Part shown: positions 18,367-28,214 of the stretch, piece by piece
How the letters are laid out: every line of letters begins with the position of its first letter
Numbering within the stretch: position 1 is the stretch's first letter
Origin: Patescibacteria group bacterium
GTDB taxonomy: Bacteria > Patescibacteriota > Microgenomatia > UBA10105 > UBA927
Direction of reading: 5' to 3'
NCBI GenBank assembly: GCA_023379025.1
Contig: JAMCTH010000003.1
Span: 17,114-81,113 of the forward strand
DNA length: 64,000 nt
Program-made: the position numbers and the translations under genes
The notes under the pieces: generated by a model
Database searches by the model: none
Told to the model about the DNA's origin: nothing
What the model saw: only the letters and a program-made list of their open reading frames with translations

Positions 18367-19907
18367 AGACTCCGGACAAACCTATATATCCTGTCCCGGC
18401 CGTATTGAGCGGTATCCGACAGCGCCCATCCGTTCATGCGTTTTTTGGGATAATCGCTTTTACAGATGGCCTCATAACAGGAAACCGCAATCTCCTTCCA
18501 TGCCGCAGCCTCTCCACCGACAGGACAATGATCCGAAATACATACCACAAAGAGCACCGGGTAATTCTCGTCATAGATAAATCTCGGCTGCACACCCTGA
18601 ACCGACAAAAAATACCGGAGATGATAGTCCGAAGTCACGTCAGGACTGAGGAGCGTAAATGCGAACGGTCTGCCGTTCGAGAGCGATACCATATCGCCGG
18701 TCAGCGTTCGGGCACGCGCGATATCTCCGGGTTCCGGGAAAACATCCCCCCGGGTAAACGGAAGCACCAGCAGCAGGACCAATATGGCTGCTACCAGATA
18801 TCCCGAAAAAACCCGGCGGAAAGGAAAAAGCACGTATCCCGCCAAAAAATACGGAATGACCGTCAGGTAATAGACATAGTGTTCAAACAGTGCTTCCCTG
18901 TACCGGACGACCGGTATACTCCCGAGAAGAAACCACAGGACAAAAACCACCGCCCAGAACTGACGGCTTATGAGGGGGACAATGAGGAGAATTCCCAGGA
19001 CCAGCCACTCGGGCTTTCCGGCGGGAACGCTCAGGATGTGGCCCGTCAGACCGAAAATCACGGATAGGGCGTCATGGAGACTTGATGCGAGAGGCCCGGC
19101 CGTTTCGGACGGGAGAAGCATGGAAACCAGAAAGTCGGAAAAATCGACGAACCGGTGGCTGGATTCATACACAAGATACGGCAGATTGACAAGTACCGCG
19201 CTTAAGACGCCCAAAAACGCCCAGAGCACTGCCTGTCTTCCCTTACCCCGGCGGATTTCCCGGATCATAAGGATAAAACCGATAAAGAAGGCGAAGAAGG
19301 TGTTGAATATCGCGGCGTAATGAAACTGCACGACAGCTCCAGCCGCGGCTCCAAGAAGTATAAACCACCGCGCGTCATGATCCCCGTATATTTTATAGAA
19401 TGCAAGAATGAGAAGTGCCGTAAAAAACGGAACGGGCGCAGGATTCCATATCGCGATGTTTTGATTGACAACGGACGGAGAAGCCGCATACAGAAGTCCG
19501 ATGCCGGTACCGATCATGCCGCCGAACATACGCGTTCCGAGGTACCAGAGAATAAGCGCCGTCAGTACGCCGAACGCAGCCATAGGAATGGCCATAGATA
19601 CGGGCGAGCCGTGGGTTATCGCGTACAAAGGCAAGAGCAGGTAATAGTAGAGAGGTCCCTGGCGGAACCCGAGACTGGTTTCCGGCCCCACGAGAGGCAG
19701 CGTGTGGTTTTCCAGCGTCTCATGCAGCACCTCGGCGGTTCTTCCCTGATCGGCGAGAAACCGGGTACGCGCCTCAAGGTGGTAAAACCGGAATGCCGCA
19801 GCCACTACAAAAACCGCTGCGGCCAACGCAAGATACCGCTTCTTTGATGCCGCCCTCTGATATACTATTGTCAGCATAGTACTTCGCATGAAACCGACAC
19901 GAATCAC
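18363..19907 (-). CDS. Family-C GT-C fold membrane glycosyltransferase
   Basis: 514 aa with the loop-1 motif FLADQGRTAEV...LVGPETSLGFRQGPLYYY. Alternative starts are Met7 (19889) and Met11 (19877). Any of the three starts overlaps the divergent gene at 19888. Confidence 0.6.
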   Translation of the reverse strand: MIRVGFMRSTMLTIVYQRAASKKRYLALAAAVFVVAAAFRFYHLEARTRFLADQGRTAEVLHETLENHTLPLVGPETSLGFRQGPLYYYLLLPLYAITHGSPVSMAIPMAAFGVLTALILWYLGTRMFGGMIGTGIGLLYAASPSVVNQNIAIWNPAPVPFFTALLILAFYKIYGDHDARWFILLGAAAGAVVQFHYAAIFNTFFAFFIGFILMIREIRRGKGRQAVLWAFLGVLSAVLVNLPYLVYESSHRFVDFSDFLVSMLLPSETAGPLASSLHDALSVIFGLTGHILSVPAGKPEWLVLGILLIVPLISRQFWAVVFVLWFLLGSIPVVRYREALFEHYVYYLTVIPYFLAGYVLFPFRRVFSGYLVAAILVLLLVLPFTRGDVFPEPGDIARARTLTGDMVSLSNGRPFAFTLLSPDVTSDYHLRYFLSVQGVQPRFIYDENYPVLFVVCISDHCPVGGEAAAWKEIAVSCYEAICKSDYPKKRMNGWALSDTAQYGRDRIYRFVRSL

Positions 19908-21540
19908 TTCCCTACCATATTATATAGCGATTATTCTGGTATCCATACTGCCCCTTGTGTCCTTATTCGCAACACCGGCGCTCTTTCATACCCACGACGG
20001 TGCGGTGCACCTCCCGAGAATGGCCGCGTACTTCAAGGCGCTCATGGATGGTCAGGTACTGCCGCGGTGGGCAGGCGACCTCAATTACGGGTACGGACTG
20101 CCGCTTTTTAACTTCATCTACCACACGCCGTATCTTATCTCCTCTCTTTTCATCGGACTCGGAGCGAGCCTCGTCATGACCTTTAAAATCGTTGCGGCTC
20201 TCAGCTTTATTCTGGCCGGGGTGTTTATGCTTCTGTTTGCCCGGGAACTATGGCATAACGACAGAACAGCATTGCTTGTTGCCGTATTTTACCAGTTTGC
20301 GCCGTTCCGGCTGGTGGAGCTTATGGTGCGCGGGAGTTTCGGCGAAATGTACGTCTATGCATTCATCCCGCTTGTCCTCTACTTTTTACTCCGCACACTT
20401 CGCGGGGCCAACGCACGGTATATTGCAGGCCTTGCGCTTGCTGCAGCACTTCTTGTCATTTCGCACAATTCGATAAGCCTCGTGATGTTCGGCGTCGCAG
20501 TGCTGTTTCTTTTCCTTATGCCGGCAACGGTTTCTTCGCGGATCCGTGGAGCCCTGGGGCTCGGAGCGGGACTGGCCGTTTCTGCGTTCTATTGGATACC
20601 GGCACTTCTCGAGCACAAATACACCTACGGCGACCTTTTTATGAAAAATCTGTTCCGGTCGTACTTTCCCTCACCCCTTGATCTTCTTTTCCCCAATATC
20701 ACCAATGCCCCCGCATTTCAAAATGGCGGCGTTTCCGTCCAGATCGGCCTTTTCCATATTCTGGCTTTCGCAGCCGTTCTGTTTCTTTTCCTCAAGCACG
20801 CGAAGCTCCCGGAGCATTCACGCCGTATCTGGTATCTGTCGCTTACGGCGGCGGCTGTTGCCGTCTTTTTCATGTCCACGTGGTCCCTCTGGTTCTGGAA
20901 CCACATCGCAATCCTCCGCCAGTTCCAGTTCCCGTGGAGGCTCCTGTCCGTCGTCAACCTGGCATCGGCACTCTCAGCCTCCGCATTTATGGAACTCACT
21001 TGGTTTAAAAAGCCGGCGGGCTACATCGCGATCCTTGTTCTCGTCATCATATCCACGGCCTGGTTCTGGAAGCCGCCGCTCGGATACGACCGCATAGAGA
21101 ACGAATCCGTCTACTGGAACTATCCCCTGGATACGACCTATTTCGGAGAAACGGACGTCATCTGGTCCGCCGGTCCCGCAAAAAAATACCCGCCGTCCCA
21201 GGTCTCGGTAATTGCCGGTAACGCAACGGTTTCTGCTGTCACAAAACGCTCCAACCTTCACACGTATGCAGTCGATGCGTCCGGACCGGCATCGCTTGTC
21301 GACGAAACAGAGTATTTCCCTGGGTGGCACGTCTATGTGGACGGAGCCGCCGTACCGATACAGTTCCAGGACCAAAACTGGCGCGGACTCATAACCTATG
21401 CGGTGCCGTCAGGCCGGCACACGGTCCGCGTGAAGTTCGACTTAAGCGGCATACAACGGCTGGGGACCATAATAAGCGTCGTTTCCGTCATAGCGCTTGG
21501 GACGCTCTTCCTTCTCGTCCCAAGGAAAACAGTCTCATGA
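19888..21540 (+). CDS. Family-A large polytopic membrane protein (HDG-motif)
   Basis: 550 aa with HTHDGAVHLPRMAAY...PRWAGDLNYGYGLPLFNFIYHTPY. It is the first gene of the only plus-strand block. Confidence 0.55.
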   Translation: MKPTRITSLPYYIAIILVSILPLVSLFATPALFHTHDGAVHLPRMAAYFKALMDGQVLPRWAGDLNYGYGLPLFNFIYHTPYLISSLFIGLGASLVMTFKIVAALSFILAGVFMLLFARELWHNDRTALLVAVFYQFAPFRLVELMVRGSFGEMYVYAFIPLVLYFLLRTLRGANARYIAGLALAAALLVISHNSISLVMFGVAVLFLFLMPATVSSRIRGALGLGAGLAVSAFYWIPALLEHKYTYGDLFMKNLFRSYFPSPLDLLFPNITNAPAFQNGGVSVQIGLFHILAFAAVLFLFLKHAKLPEHSRRIWYLSLTAAAVAVFFMSTWSLWFWNHIAILRQFQFPWRLLSVVNLASALSASAFMELTWFKKPAGYIAILVLVIISTAWFWKPPLGYDRIENESVYWNYPLDTTYFGETDVIWSAGPAKKYPPSQVSVIAGNATVSAVTKRSNLHTYAVDASGPASLVDETEYFPGWHVYVDGAAVPIQFQDQNWRGLITYAVPSGRHTVRVKFDLSGIQRLGTIISVVSVIALGTLFLLVPRKTVS

Positions 21541-23909
21541 ATAAACCGTTGCTTTCCTTTCTCATACCGCTCGTTTTCGCCGTGAGTATCGTTTCGCTGT
21601 TTTGTTACAAAACGGTCCTCCGGCAGGAAGTTCCGTTCCCCGGTGACCTCCTGGTCGCAGAGTACAATCCGTGGAAAACCTATTCGTTCCTGGGATACGC
21701 TCCGGGCTCCTATCCCAACAAGGCACAGTTTTTTGACACCCTGAGGCAGCTTTACCCGTGGCGGACCCTTGCAACGGAGCTCGCCAAACGCGGGACGCTG
21801 CCCCTGTGGAATCCCCATAATTTTGCCGGAAGCCCGCTCCTTGCCAACTTCCAGTCCGCGGTCCTCTACCCTCTGAATATGCTGTACCTCGCGCTTCCCC
21901 GGGTTCCCGCATGGACGATCCTCACCCTGCTTCAGCCGTTTCTCGCGCTCCTGTTTACCTATCTCTTTCTCAAAAAGCTCGGCGTGTCTTCCGTCCCCGC
22001 GTGGTTCGGAGCCGTAGCATACGCATTTTCTTCTTTCATGACCGTGTGGATCGAGTACAACACCATCGGGCAGGTGATCCTCTGGCTGCCGCTCATTCTC
22101 CTCTCTATCGAACATCTGAGGGGTTTATTTTCCGCTACATGGTATGTGACCGGCATTATCGCCCTGGTCATGGCGGCACTCGCCGGACATCCTCAGGTAT
22201 TTGGTTACCTCTGGGTATTTGCTCTTCTTTACATGCTCTTCCGCTTTCCCGGAAAAAACTACCCCGCGGGTATCGCGATGTTTGCCCTGCCGATTGCCAT
22301 AGCAGGGGCGCAGCTTGTGCCCGGAGCCGAGCTTACCCTCCTTGCCGCGCGGAGCAGTCACACGGCATCGGAGTTCCTTGATAAAATCCTGATCCAGCCA
22401 TGGCAGCTTCTCATGGTACTGGTGCCGGACTTTTTCGGTAGTCCCGCGACGCGTTCCTACTGGCCCGCGGATACGTATGTCGGCAAAGTCACCTCGGTCG
22501 GGCTTGCGGCGCTCCTGTTTGCACTGGGATATATCGCGACGAAGCGGGACAGCCTGACAAAATTTTTTCTCTCGGCAATCGGCGTCGTAATCCTTCTCGT
22601 CACTGCCAATCCCGTCACCGCAGTCATCTACCGCTATCCCGTTCCCTTTATCTCCACGAGCAGTCCGACGCTTATGGTATTTATCGCGGAATTTTCCCTC
22701 GCGGTTCTTGCAGCCCGCGGCATGGACGCATTCCGGAGACATGTATGGAATATCCGCGCCTTCACTCTGGTCATGGCACCTGTCGCGGCTGTCCTGGTTC
22801 TCCTCTGGGCCGGAGTGCTTCTTGCCGGGCATCTTCCTGTTTCCTGGGCGGCGCACCTTCCGGCATCACGCCGGGTGCTCTTCCTTGCTTCCGGCATCAG
22901 TGTGGTTTCCGCCCTTTTATTTCTTACGGCCAGAACCAAACAAAAGTTAATGACACTTATCCTCATCCTTTTTTTCTTCCTTGAGGTTGCGGATCTCTGG
23001 CAGGCATTCCGGAAGTTTACGCCGTTCGTGCCGACCACACTCGTCTACCCGCCGACGTCCGTTACCTTCTATCTTGGGGAACATGCCGGTATCAACCGGT
23101 ATTGGGCGCTTGGCGCCGCATCGATTGAGGCAAATTTTGCGACGCTCCTCGGCCTCTACGCTCCAGAGGGGTATGATCCGCTGTATCCGAAAATCTACGC
23201 GCAGTTTATCGGCGCAAGCCGCACCGGTACGCTGCCTCTATCATTTACGGACAAGACACGCTCGGACGCCGTAATCGCTCCTTCGGACGGGAGCGATCTT
23301 CTCACGAATCCGTTCCGGAGGCGCGTTCTCGATGTTCTGGGAGTGCGGTATATCCTGGACGTGCCGGCTAATCACAACACCGAGTCGACACTTCCCCCGG
23401 ACGTATTCCCGAAACTAGCTGACGTCAACGGCTGGACCGTACTTGAAAACACATCGGCTCTTCCGCGGATGTTCCTCGCCGGAGACGCGATCGCGGCCCG
23501 CGCTCCGGAGCAGTTTGCCCGGGAGTTCTTCTCCCCGTCGTTTGATCCGGGAAAGACGGTAGTTCTTGACCGTCCGCTCCCCATGCCGCTCAGTAACGCG
23601 GCAACAGGCTCCGTACATCTCCGTTCCTATACCGCTGACAGCGTCGAAGCGGAAACCCAAAGCAGCGGAACGAAACTTCTCTTCCTTTCGGATACGTATT
23701 ATCCGGGATGGAAGGCTTATGTGGACGGAAGACCCGCGGAGCTTTACCGCGCAGATTATGCATTCCGCGCGGTCCCGGTGCCCGGCGGCAAGCATACGGT
23801 CGTCATGCGGTACGAGCCGGCATCACTCTGGATCGGTATTGCGATTTCGCTCCTCGGAATTCTTGGTACAATAGCATCAATTGCTCTCTTTCAACGGAAA
23901 ACGGCATGA
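21537..23909 (+). CDS. YfhO-family membrane glycosyltransferase (family E)
   Basis: The N-terminal multi-TM region has LPLWNPHNFAGSPLLANFQSAVLYPLN, a WNPY-F-G motif I recognise as YfhO-like. It also has a large C-terminal domain. The start is trimmed from 21324 to the ATG at 21537, which overlaps the upstream TGA as ATGA. Confidence 0.65.
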   Translation: MNKPLLSFLIPLVFAVSIVSLFCYKTVLRQEVPFPGDLLVAEYNPWKTYSFLGYAPGSYPNKAQFFDTLRQLYPWRTLATELAKRGTLPLWNPHNFAGSPLLANFQSAVLYPLNMLYLALPRVPAWTILTLLQPFLALLFTYLFLKKLGVSSVPAWFGAVAYAFSSFMTVWIEYNTIGQVILWLPLILLSIEHLRGLFSATWYVTGIIALVMAALAGHPQVFGYLWVFALLYMLFRFPGKNYPAGIAMFALPIAIAGAQLVPGAELTLLAARSSHTASEFLDKILIQPWQLLMVLVPDFFGSPATRSYWPADTYVGKVTSVGLAALLFALGYIATKRDSLTKFFLSAIGVVILLVTANPVTAVIYRYPVPFISTSSPTLMVFIAEFSLAVLAARGMDAFRRHVWNIRAFTLVMAPVAAVLVLLWAGVLLAGHLPVSWAAHLPASRRVLFLASGISVVSALLFLTARTKQKLMTLILILFFFLEVADLWQAFRKFTPFVPTTLVYPPTSVTFYLGEHAGINRYWALGAASIEANFATLLGLYAPEGYDPLYPKIYAQFIGASRTGTLPLSFTDKTRSDAVIAPSDGSDLLTNPFRRRVLDVLGVRYILDVPANHNTESTLPPDVFPKLADVNGWTVLENTSALPRMFLAGDAIAARAPEQFAREFFSPSFDPGKTVVLDRPLPMPLSNAATGSVHLRSYTADSVEAETQSSGTKLLFLSDTYYPGWKAYVDGRPAELYRADYAFRAVPVPGGKHTVVMRYEPASLWIGIAISLLGILGTIASIALFQRKTA

Positions 23910-25546
23910 AAAGACTGTTCACGACCAAAAGGAATATGACGGTAACCCTCACGTTTTTCGTGATTCTCGCGATGTCCTTGGCTCTCCGAACCTACCGCTT
24001 AAACGACGTACCGCCAGGGGTCAACCGGGACGAAGCATCCATCGGCTATACCGCCTACTCGCTCCTTCAAACCGGCCGGGATGAGTACGGTCGGTTTCTG
24101 CCGCTTTCATTCGAATCTTTCGGGGACTGGAAACTCCCCCTCTACATCTATCTCACAGTGCCGGTCGTAAAAGTTCTGGGGATGACGGATGTTGCCGTCC
24201 GGACCGTATCGGTTCTTGCCGGGGTCGGAACGGTTGCCCTCACCTTTGTCCTCGTCCGGACGATGTTCGGCAGCGCCGTCCTTTCCCTCCTTTCTATGGC
24301 GGTTCTGGCACTGGCGCCTTGGCACATCCATATTTCCCGGGTCGAATCGGAATCCAATACCGCCGTATTCCTCGTGACCCTCGGGACAATTCTTTTCATA
24401 AAAGGCATACGCAAAAACGCGCCCTATCTCTTTCTGAGCTTTGTCCTCTGGGCGCTCACGTATTTCACCTATGCCGGAAACCATGTATTTACGACACTCT
24501 TTGTCCTGGGGATTCTCGTCCTGTATGTTCCCAGGATCCGCTCATCCCGCCAGGCCAAAATCGGCATCGGCGCATTTCTGGTCCTGGCCGCAGTTATCTT
24601 TTCGCAAACGCTGTTCGGGGCGGACCGGACGAAACTTACCGGCATCAGTATCTTCAACTCCCCGAACGTCATCTACCGGAACATCGATCTCCCGCGGCTG
24701 GATTATGCCGATCCCCGATCGCTTCCGGCAGTTCTTTTTCATAACAAAGTTCTCTATGGCCTAACGACTGCAGTCGAGAATTACGAAAAGGCTTTTTCCG
24801 CACAGTTTCTGACGATCATGGGCGGCACGAATCACGCGCACAATATCGAAGGGTTCGGGAACATGTACCTTGTGGAGTTTCCACTTCTATTCCTCGGGCT
24901 TTTTTGGCTCCTCGGCAAACGGAAAAACGTTCACGCGAAACTTCTCCTCTGGTGGATCCTGATTTCACCGGTCGCCGCGAGCATCACCTCGGATGCGCCG
25001 CACAGCAACCGCATGTTTGCCGTGTTTCCGGCGCTTGCCGTCACGGTCGCGCTCGGGATCTGGTGGATCATGACGGAACTCATTGAAGGGAAAAGATGGC
25101 GGGTCCTCGCTGCCGCAGCGCTCATCCTCACTTATGCCATAAATGTCGGCCAGTACCTGGACCAGTACTACAACCATTTCCCGCTCCACGAGTACCAGTA
25201 CTGGGGGGTAGGGTACCGCAGCGTTGCCGATATGGTAAACAGTCCGGAATACAAAACGGCAAATGTCATCATGTCCCACCCGGAACAGTCGCCATACATC
25301 TTTATGCTCTTTTACGGAAACTACAACCCTGCCCTCTACCGGAAGCAGGCGGTTCGCTACCCACCGACGCCGGACGGGTTTTACCATGTCAGGGCATTCG
25401 GGCGCTACCGGTTCCGGGCAATTGACTGGGGACAGGATATGAAGCTCCACAACACCATCCTGGTCGACGACTACACCGCAATCCCCGACGCCTACCGGGG
25501 AAAAGCCCTGCACCTCAAACAGTTTGGAGTAGTATATTTGAAGTAG
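23906..25546 (+). CDS. Family-D GT39/PMT_2-type membrane glycosyltransferase
   Basis: The motif is NRDEASIGYTAYSLLQTGRDEYG. The start is trimmed from 23708 to the ATG at 23906, which gives an ATGA overlap with the upstream stop. Confidence 0.7.
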   Translation: MKRLFTTKRNMTVTLTFFVILAMSLALRTYRLNDVPPGVNRDEASIGYTAYSLLQTGRDEYGRFLPLSFESFGDWKLPLYIYLTVPVVKVLGMTDVAVRTVSVLAGVGTVALTFVLVRTMFGSAVLSLLSMAVLALAPWHIHISRVESESNTAVFLVTLGTILFIKGIRKNAPYLFLSFVLWALTYFTYAGNHVFTTLFVLGILVLYVPRIRSSRQAKIGIGAFLVLAAVIFSQTLFGADRTKLTGISIFNSPNVIYRNIDLPRLDYADPRSLPAVLFHNKVLYGLTTAVENYEKAFSAQFLTIMGGTNHAHNIEGFGNMYLVEFPLLFLGLFWLLGKRKNVHAKLLLWWILISPVAASITSDAPHSNRMFAVFPALAVTVALGIWWIMTELIEGKRWRVLAAAALILTYAINVGQYLDQYYNHFPLHEYQYWGVGYRSVADMVNSPEYKTANVIMSHPEQSPYIFMLFYGNYNPALYRKQAVRYPPTPDGFYHVRAFGRYRFRAIDWGQDMKLHNTILVDDYTAIPDAYRGKALHLKQFGVVYLK

Positions 25547-25680
25547 CTACTGAAGAAACCTTTAAGTTAATTTTTTTCTCCGAGTCTTTTTCTTCGTTCT
25601 CCACCTAAGGAAATTACTGCCTATCAATACTTTATGGTTACGTCGGAAAAAACCAAGTTGTACGGCGTGAAAAACTGTAG

Positions 25681-25866
25681 TTAGTCAAAAATTACTTTAT
25701 TTGAGGAGTAATTTTTTCTGTAGTTTTCGACAATCTCCATCTGCATCTTGTTAGATTCATGCAAGGCACGTTTAATTATCCGCTTTTTTTCTTTTGCGGG
25801 GTAATCAAAGTATGAACGACCCGTTGATACTTTGCCGGTAAGCTTCCTGATAATATTCCTGATCAT
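25681..25866 (-). CDS. Small basic hypothetical protein (61 aa) coupled to the zeta-like gene
   Basis: It lies in the AT-rich island, and its ATG overlaps the zeta-like 3' ORF stop as ATGA. I recognised no motif. Confidence 0.3.
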   Translation of the reverse strand: MIRNIIRKLTGKVSTGRSYFDYPAKEKKRIIKRALHESNKMQMEIVENYRKNYSSNKVIFD

Positions 25867-26578
25867 ATCTCTAATTTATATTGATCCAATGCCTTAGACA
25901 AGGATTCTGGAGTATACCCCAAATTTACATACTTATCAACATTATGCACGTTAAAATCAGACTTTTCAATACCCTTCAGTATGTTCTTCTTAATAACAGT
26001 AACCTCTATTTCTGGGTATACTCGCTTAATTTTGGCTACTGTATCTAAGGCGTCAAAAAAAGATTTTAGAAAAAATCCTTGGGTATAGGTCTTCCTTCTA
26101 ATTTTTCTCTTTTTTTTGTTAATCCCCACGATACCAACGGATCTTGATAAATATATACAATTGATATTTTACGCTTATGCTTAATACACCTTTTAATATT
26201 AGCTTCTGCATGATCATATTGAGACATTGTGGAGTCAAGCAAAAAATCAATATCATTTGCAAATACATGGTCAAGTAATTTGTTTACCCCCGCATAAGCC
26301 GCACCCTGAATTTCCATAGCATTTGTCTTATTGTATTGCGGAAGGAAATCCCTTATTTCATCGGCATCTATCCGAACAATATGGCGTGAATTATCATGTT
26401 CACATAGCTGCTGAATAAAGGCTTTAGAATATTCAGTTTTTCCAGCACCTGGAGAGCCAGACATAAAGAATGCTGCGGGGTTCGAAACTGTTAGATAAAT
26501 ATCGGGATCAGCGAAACGTTTAATGAGTTCCTTCTTGTGAGATCTAATAAACAGTACGGCATCATCACTTTTACTCAT
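25863..26578 (-). pseudogene. Zeta-toxin-family P-loop kinase gene interrupted by a -1 frameshift (or slippage site)
   Basis: The 5' ORF 26066..26578 has a Walker A motif GSPGAGKT and an RIDADEIRDFLPQY segment like zeta/PezT. Its 3' continuation is a second ORF, 25863..26129, in the -1 frame. The two frames meet at an A8 run, acaaaaaaaagag. Confidence 0.6.
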
Positions 26579-26735
26579 TGCGGTTAATTATACAACATGA
26601 TTATTTAGCAAACCTATCTGTAGGTAATTCACCATACGCTCTGTCGATAAGAATCGATACAACTCCACCCACGAGGCTATGTCTGTGTTCGAAAATCACT
26701 CCCTCCGCCTCGTCTCCTCAAAAAAACTATCCTGC

Positions 26736-28214
26736 TTATTTCTTCCACTCTTCCGTTGCGCGGTAGACGGATTCGGCTGTGACCGGTATCCATCCTGCCC
26801 GGGAGAGTTCGGCGCTGGTCGAGCTGGTCAGGTCCACCACCTGGTACCCGAGTTCTTCCCCGGCAGCAACCGGACGTTTGAAGCGCCCCGAGTAGGTTGC
26901 GATCCCGACTCCCATGGCAAGTCCGTCCGCGGAAAGTTTCCCCGAGGCATCCAGGTAGAGAGCAAGCGGTGCACTGACTCCTACGGTTTTGTACTTGAAA
27001 TCATAAACGGCAAATGTTTTTCCCGGGTAATCAGTGATAAGCTTGTTCGCCCAGCCACCGGTTTGAATCGCCGTGAAGTTTGATGCCTTCGCAATCTGTT
27101 GGACCGATGCCCACACCGAAAGCATAACTACTGCCGCGGTTATCGCGACACCAAGACTTTTTTGCCAGCGGATGAGCCGCGATAGCACCCAAGCCGAGGC
27201 AAGGATTACGAACGGGTGCGCGAATACGAGATAGCTGGAAAAAAGCGGGGTCCGTACATACCGGAGCGAGAGAATGAAAAGGAGAAGCGAACCCAGTATG
27301 TACCCCCAGTATTTCGGCAGATCCCGGCGCAGGGCGGAGACGGCAGCGGAAACCCCTACTCCTCCCATCAGCGCCATACCGACCCACTTATTTCCTCCGG
27401 TTATCAATCCCCATTCCCCCGGCCAGAAAGAAACGAGGTAGGTAAGCCATCTTCTTCCGAGCATTTCATAGGTCACACGGTACTGGCCTACCGTGTAGTA
27501 GCCGATAAACCCGCGGACATTGATAAACTGGTGCAAAAGGTCAAAAAGAACAAGCGGCAGTAACGGAAGCGTGAAACCGACGAGAAAGAGTGCCGTTGCT
27601 GTCGTTCCGGGAAACCCCCAGAGGAGGACGAGTACCGGAAGGGTAAAAAGAAGTGCCGCGCCTTCCAGGTGTATACTCGCCGAAAGCGCAATGAGAAAAC
27701 CCGTAAGGAAAAGGTACCGGGCCTGTCTGGTTTTTCCCCACCGGATACCCGCCCAGATGACCCCGAGGGCGCAGAGCCCAAGCGGCGACTGGTTTGTGAG
27801 ATTTACGGACTGCCCGATCGCGGCGGTTGATACCGCGGCCAACGCTCCTGCGATAAGTCCCAGGCGCGGGCTTTCCATTTCGCGCCCCACCATGTAGATC
27901 ATAAATACAAACAATACGGACAGGCACGTCATGGCAACCCATGGTGCAATAAGTTCTCCACGCCCTAAAAACGTTCCGGCCATGATGAACCAGTACCATT
28001 CCCCTCCGGTCTGGAACGGTCCGGCGGAAGAAAACGGACCCAAAAGCGGAAGTTTATGGGCCGCCAGGGCAAACCGCGAAAGGAGTGCGTCATGCGCCTG
28101 GTCATAGGCAAGCCCCCAGCGGGACGGATAGTCCACAAACCGTAAAAGAACGGAAGCAAGGAGAATCAGGGGAAGAAACAGACGGTCACGGCTTACCGGG
28201 GTAGATCGTTTCAT
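26736..28214 (-). CDS. Family-C GT-C fold membrane glycosyltransferase
   Basis: The loop-1 motif is YDQAHDALLSRF...LLGPFSSAGPFQTGGEWYW. The start is trimmed from 28373 to Met54 at 28214, which gives an ATGA overlap with the upstream GT2 gene's stop. Confidence 0.55.
   Translation of the reverse strand: MKRSTPVSRDRLFLPLILLASVLLRFVDYPSRWGLAYDQAHDALLSRFALAAHKLPLLGPFSSAGPFQTGGEWYWFIMAGTFLGRGELIAPWVAMTCLSVLFVFMIYMVGREMESPRLGLIAGALAAVSTAAIGQSVNLTNQSPLGLCALGVIWAGIRWGKTRQARYLFLTGFLIALSASIHLEGAALLFTLPVLVLLWGFPGTTATALFLVGFTLPLLPLVLFDLLHQFINVRGFIGYYTVGQYRVTYEMLGRRWLTYLVSFWPGEWGLITGGNKWVGMALMGGVGVSAAVSALRRDLPKYWGYILGSLLLFILSLRYVRTPLFSSYLVFAHPFVILASAWVLSRLIRWQKSLGVAITAAVVMLSVWASVQQIAKASNFTAIQTGGWANKLITDYPGKTFAVYDFKYKTVGVSAPLALYLDASGKLSADGLAMGVGIATYSGRFKRPVAAGEELGYQVVDLTSSTSAELSRAGWIPVTAESVYRATEEWKK

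Noticed and set aside
25687-25716. Perfect 10-bp inverted repeat AAAAATTACT-N10-AGTAATTTTT, considered as a terminator
   Set aside because: The stem is entirely A/T, so it is weak. It lies inside the 3' end of the 61-aa ORF. I did not call it as a feature.
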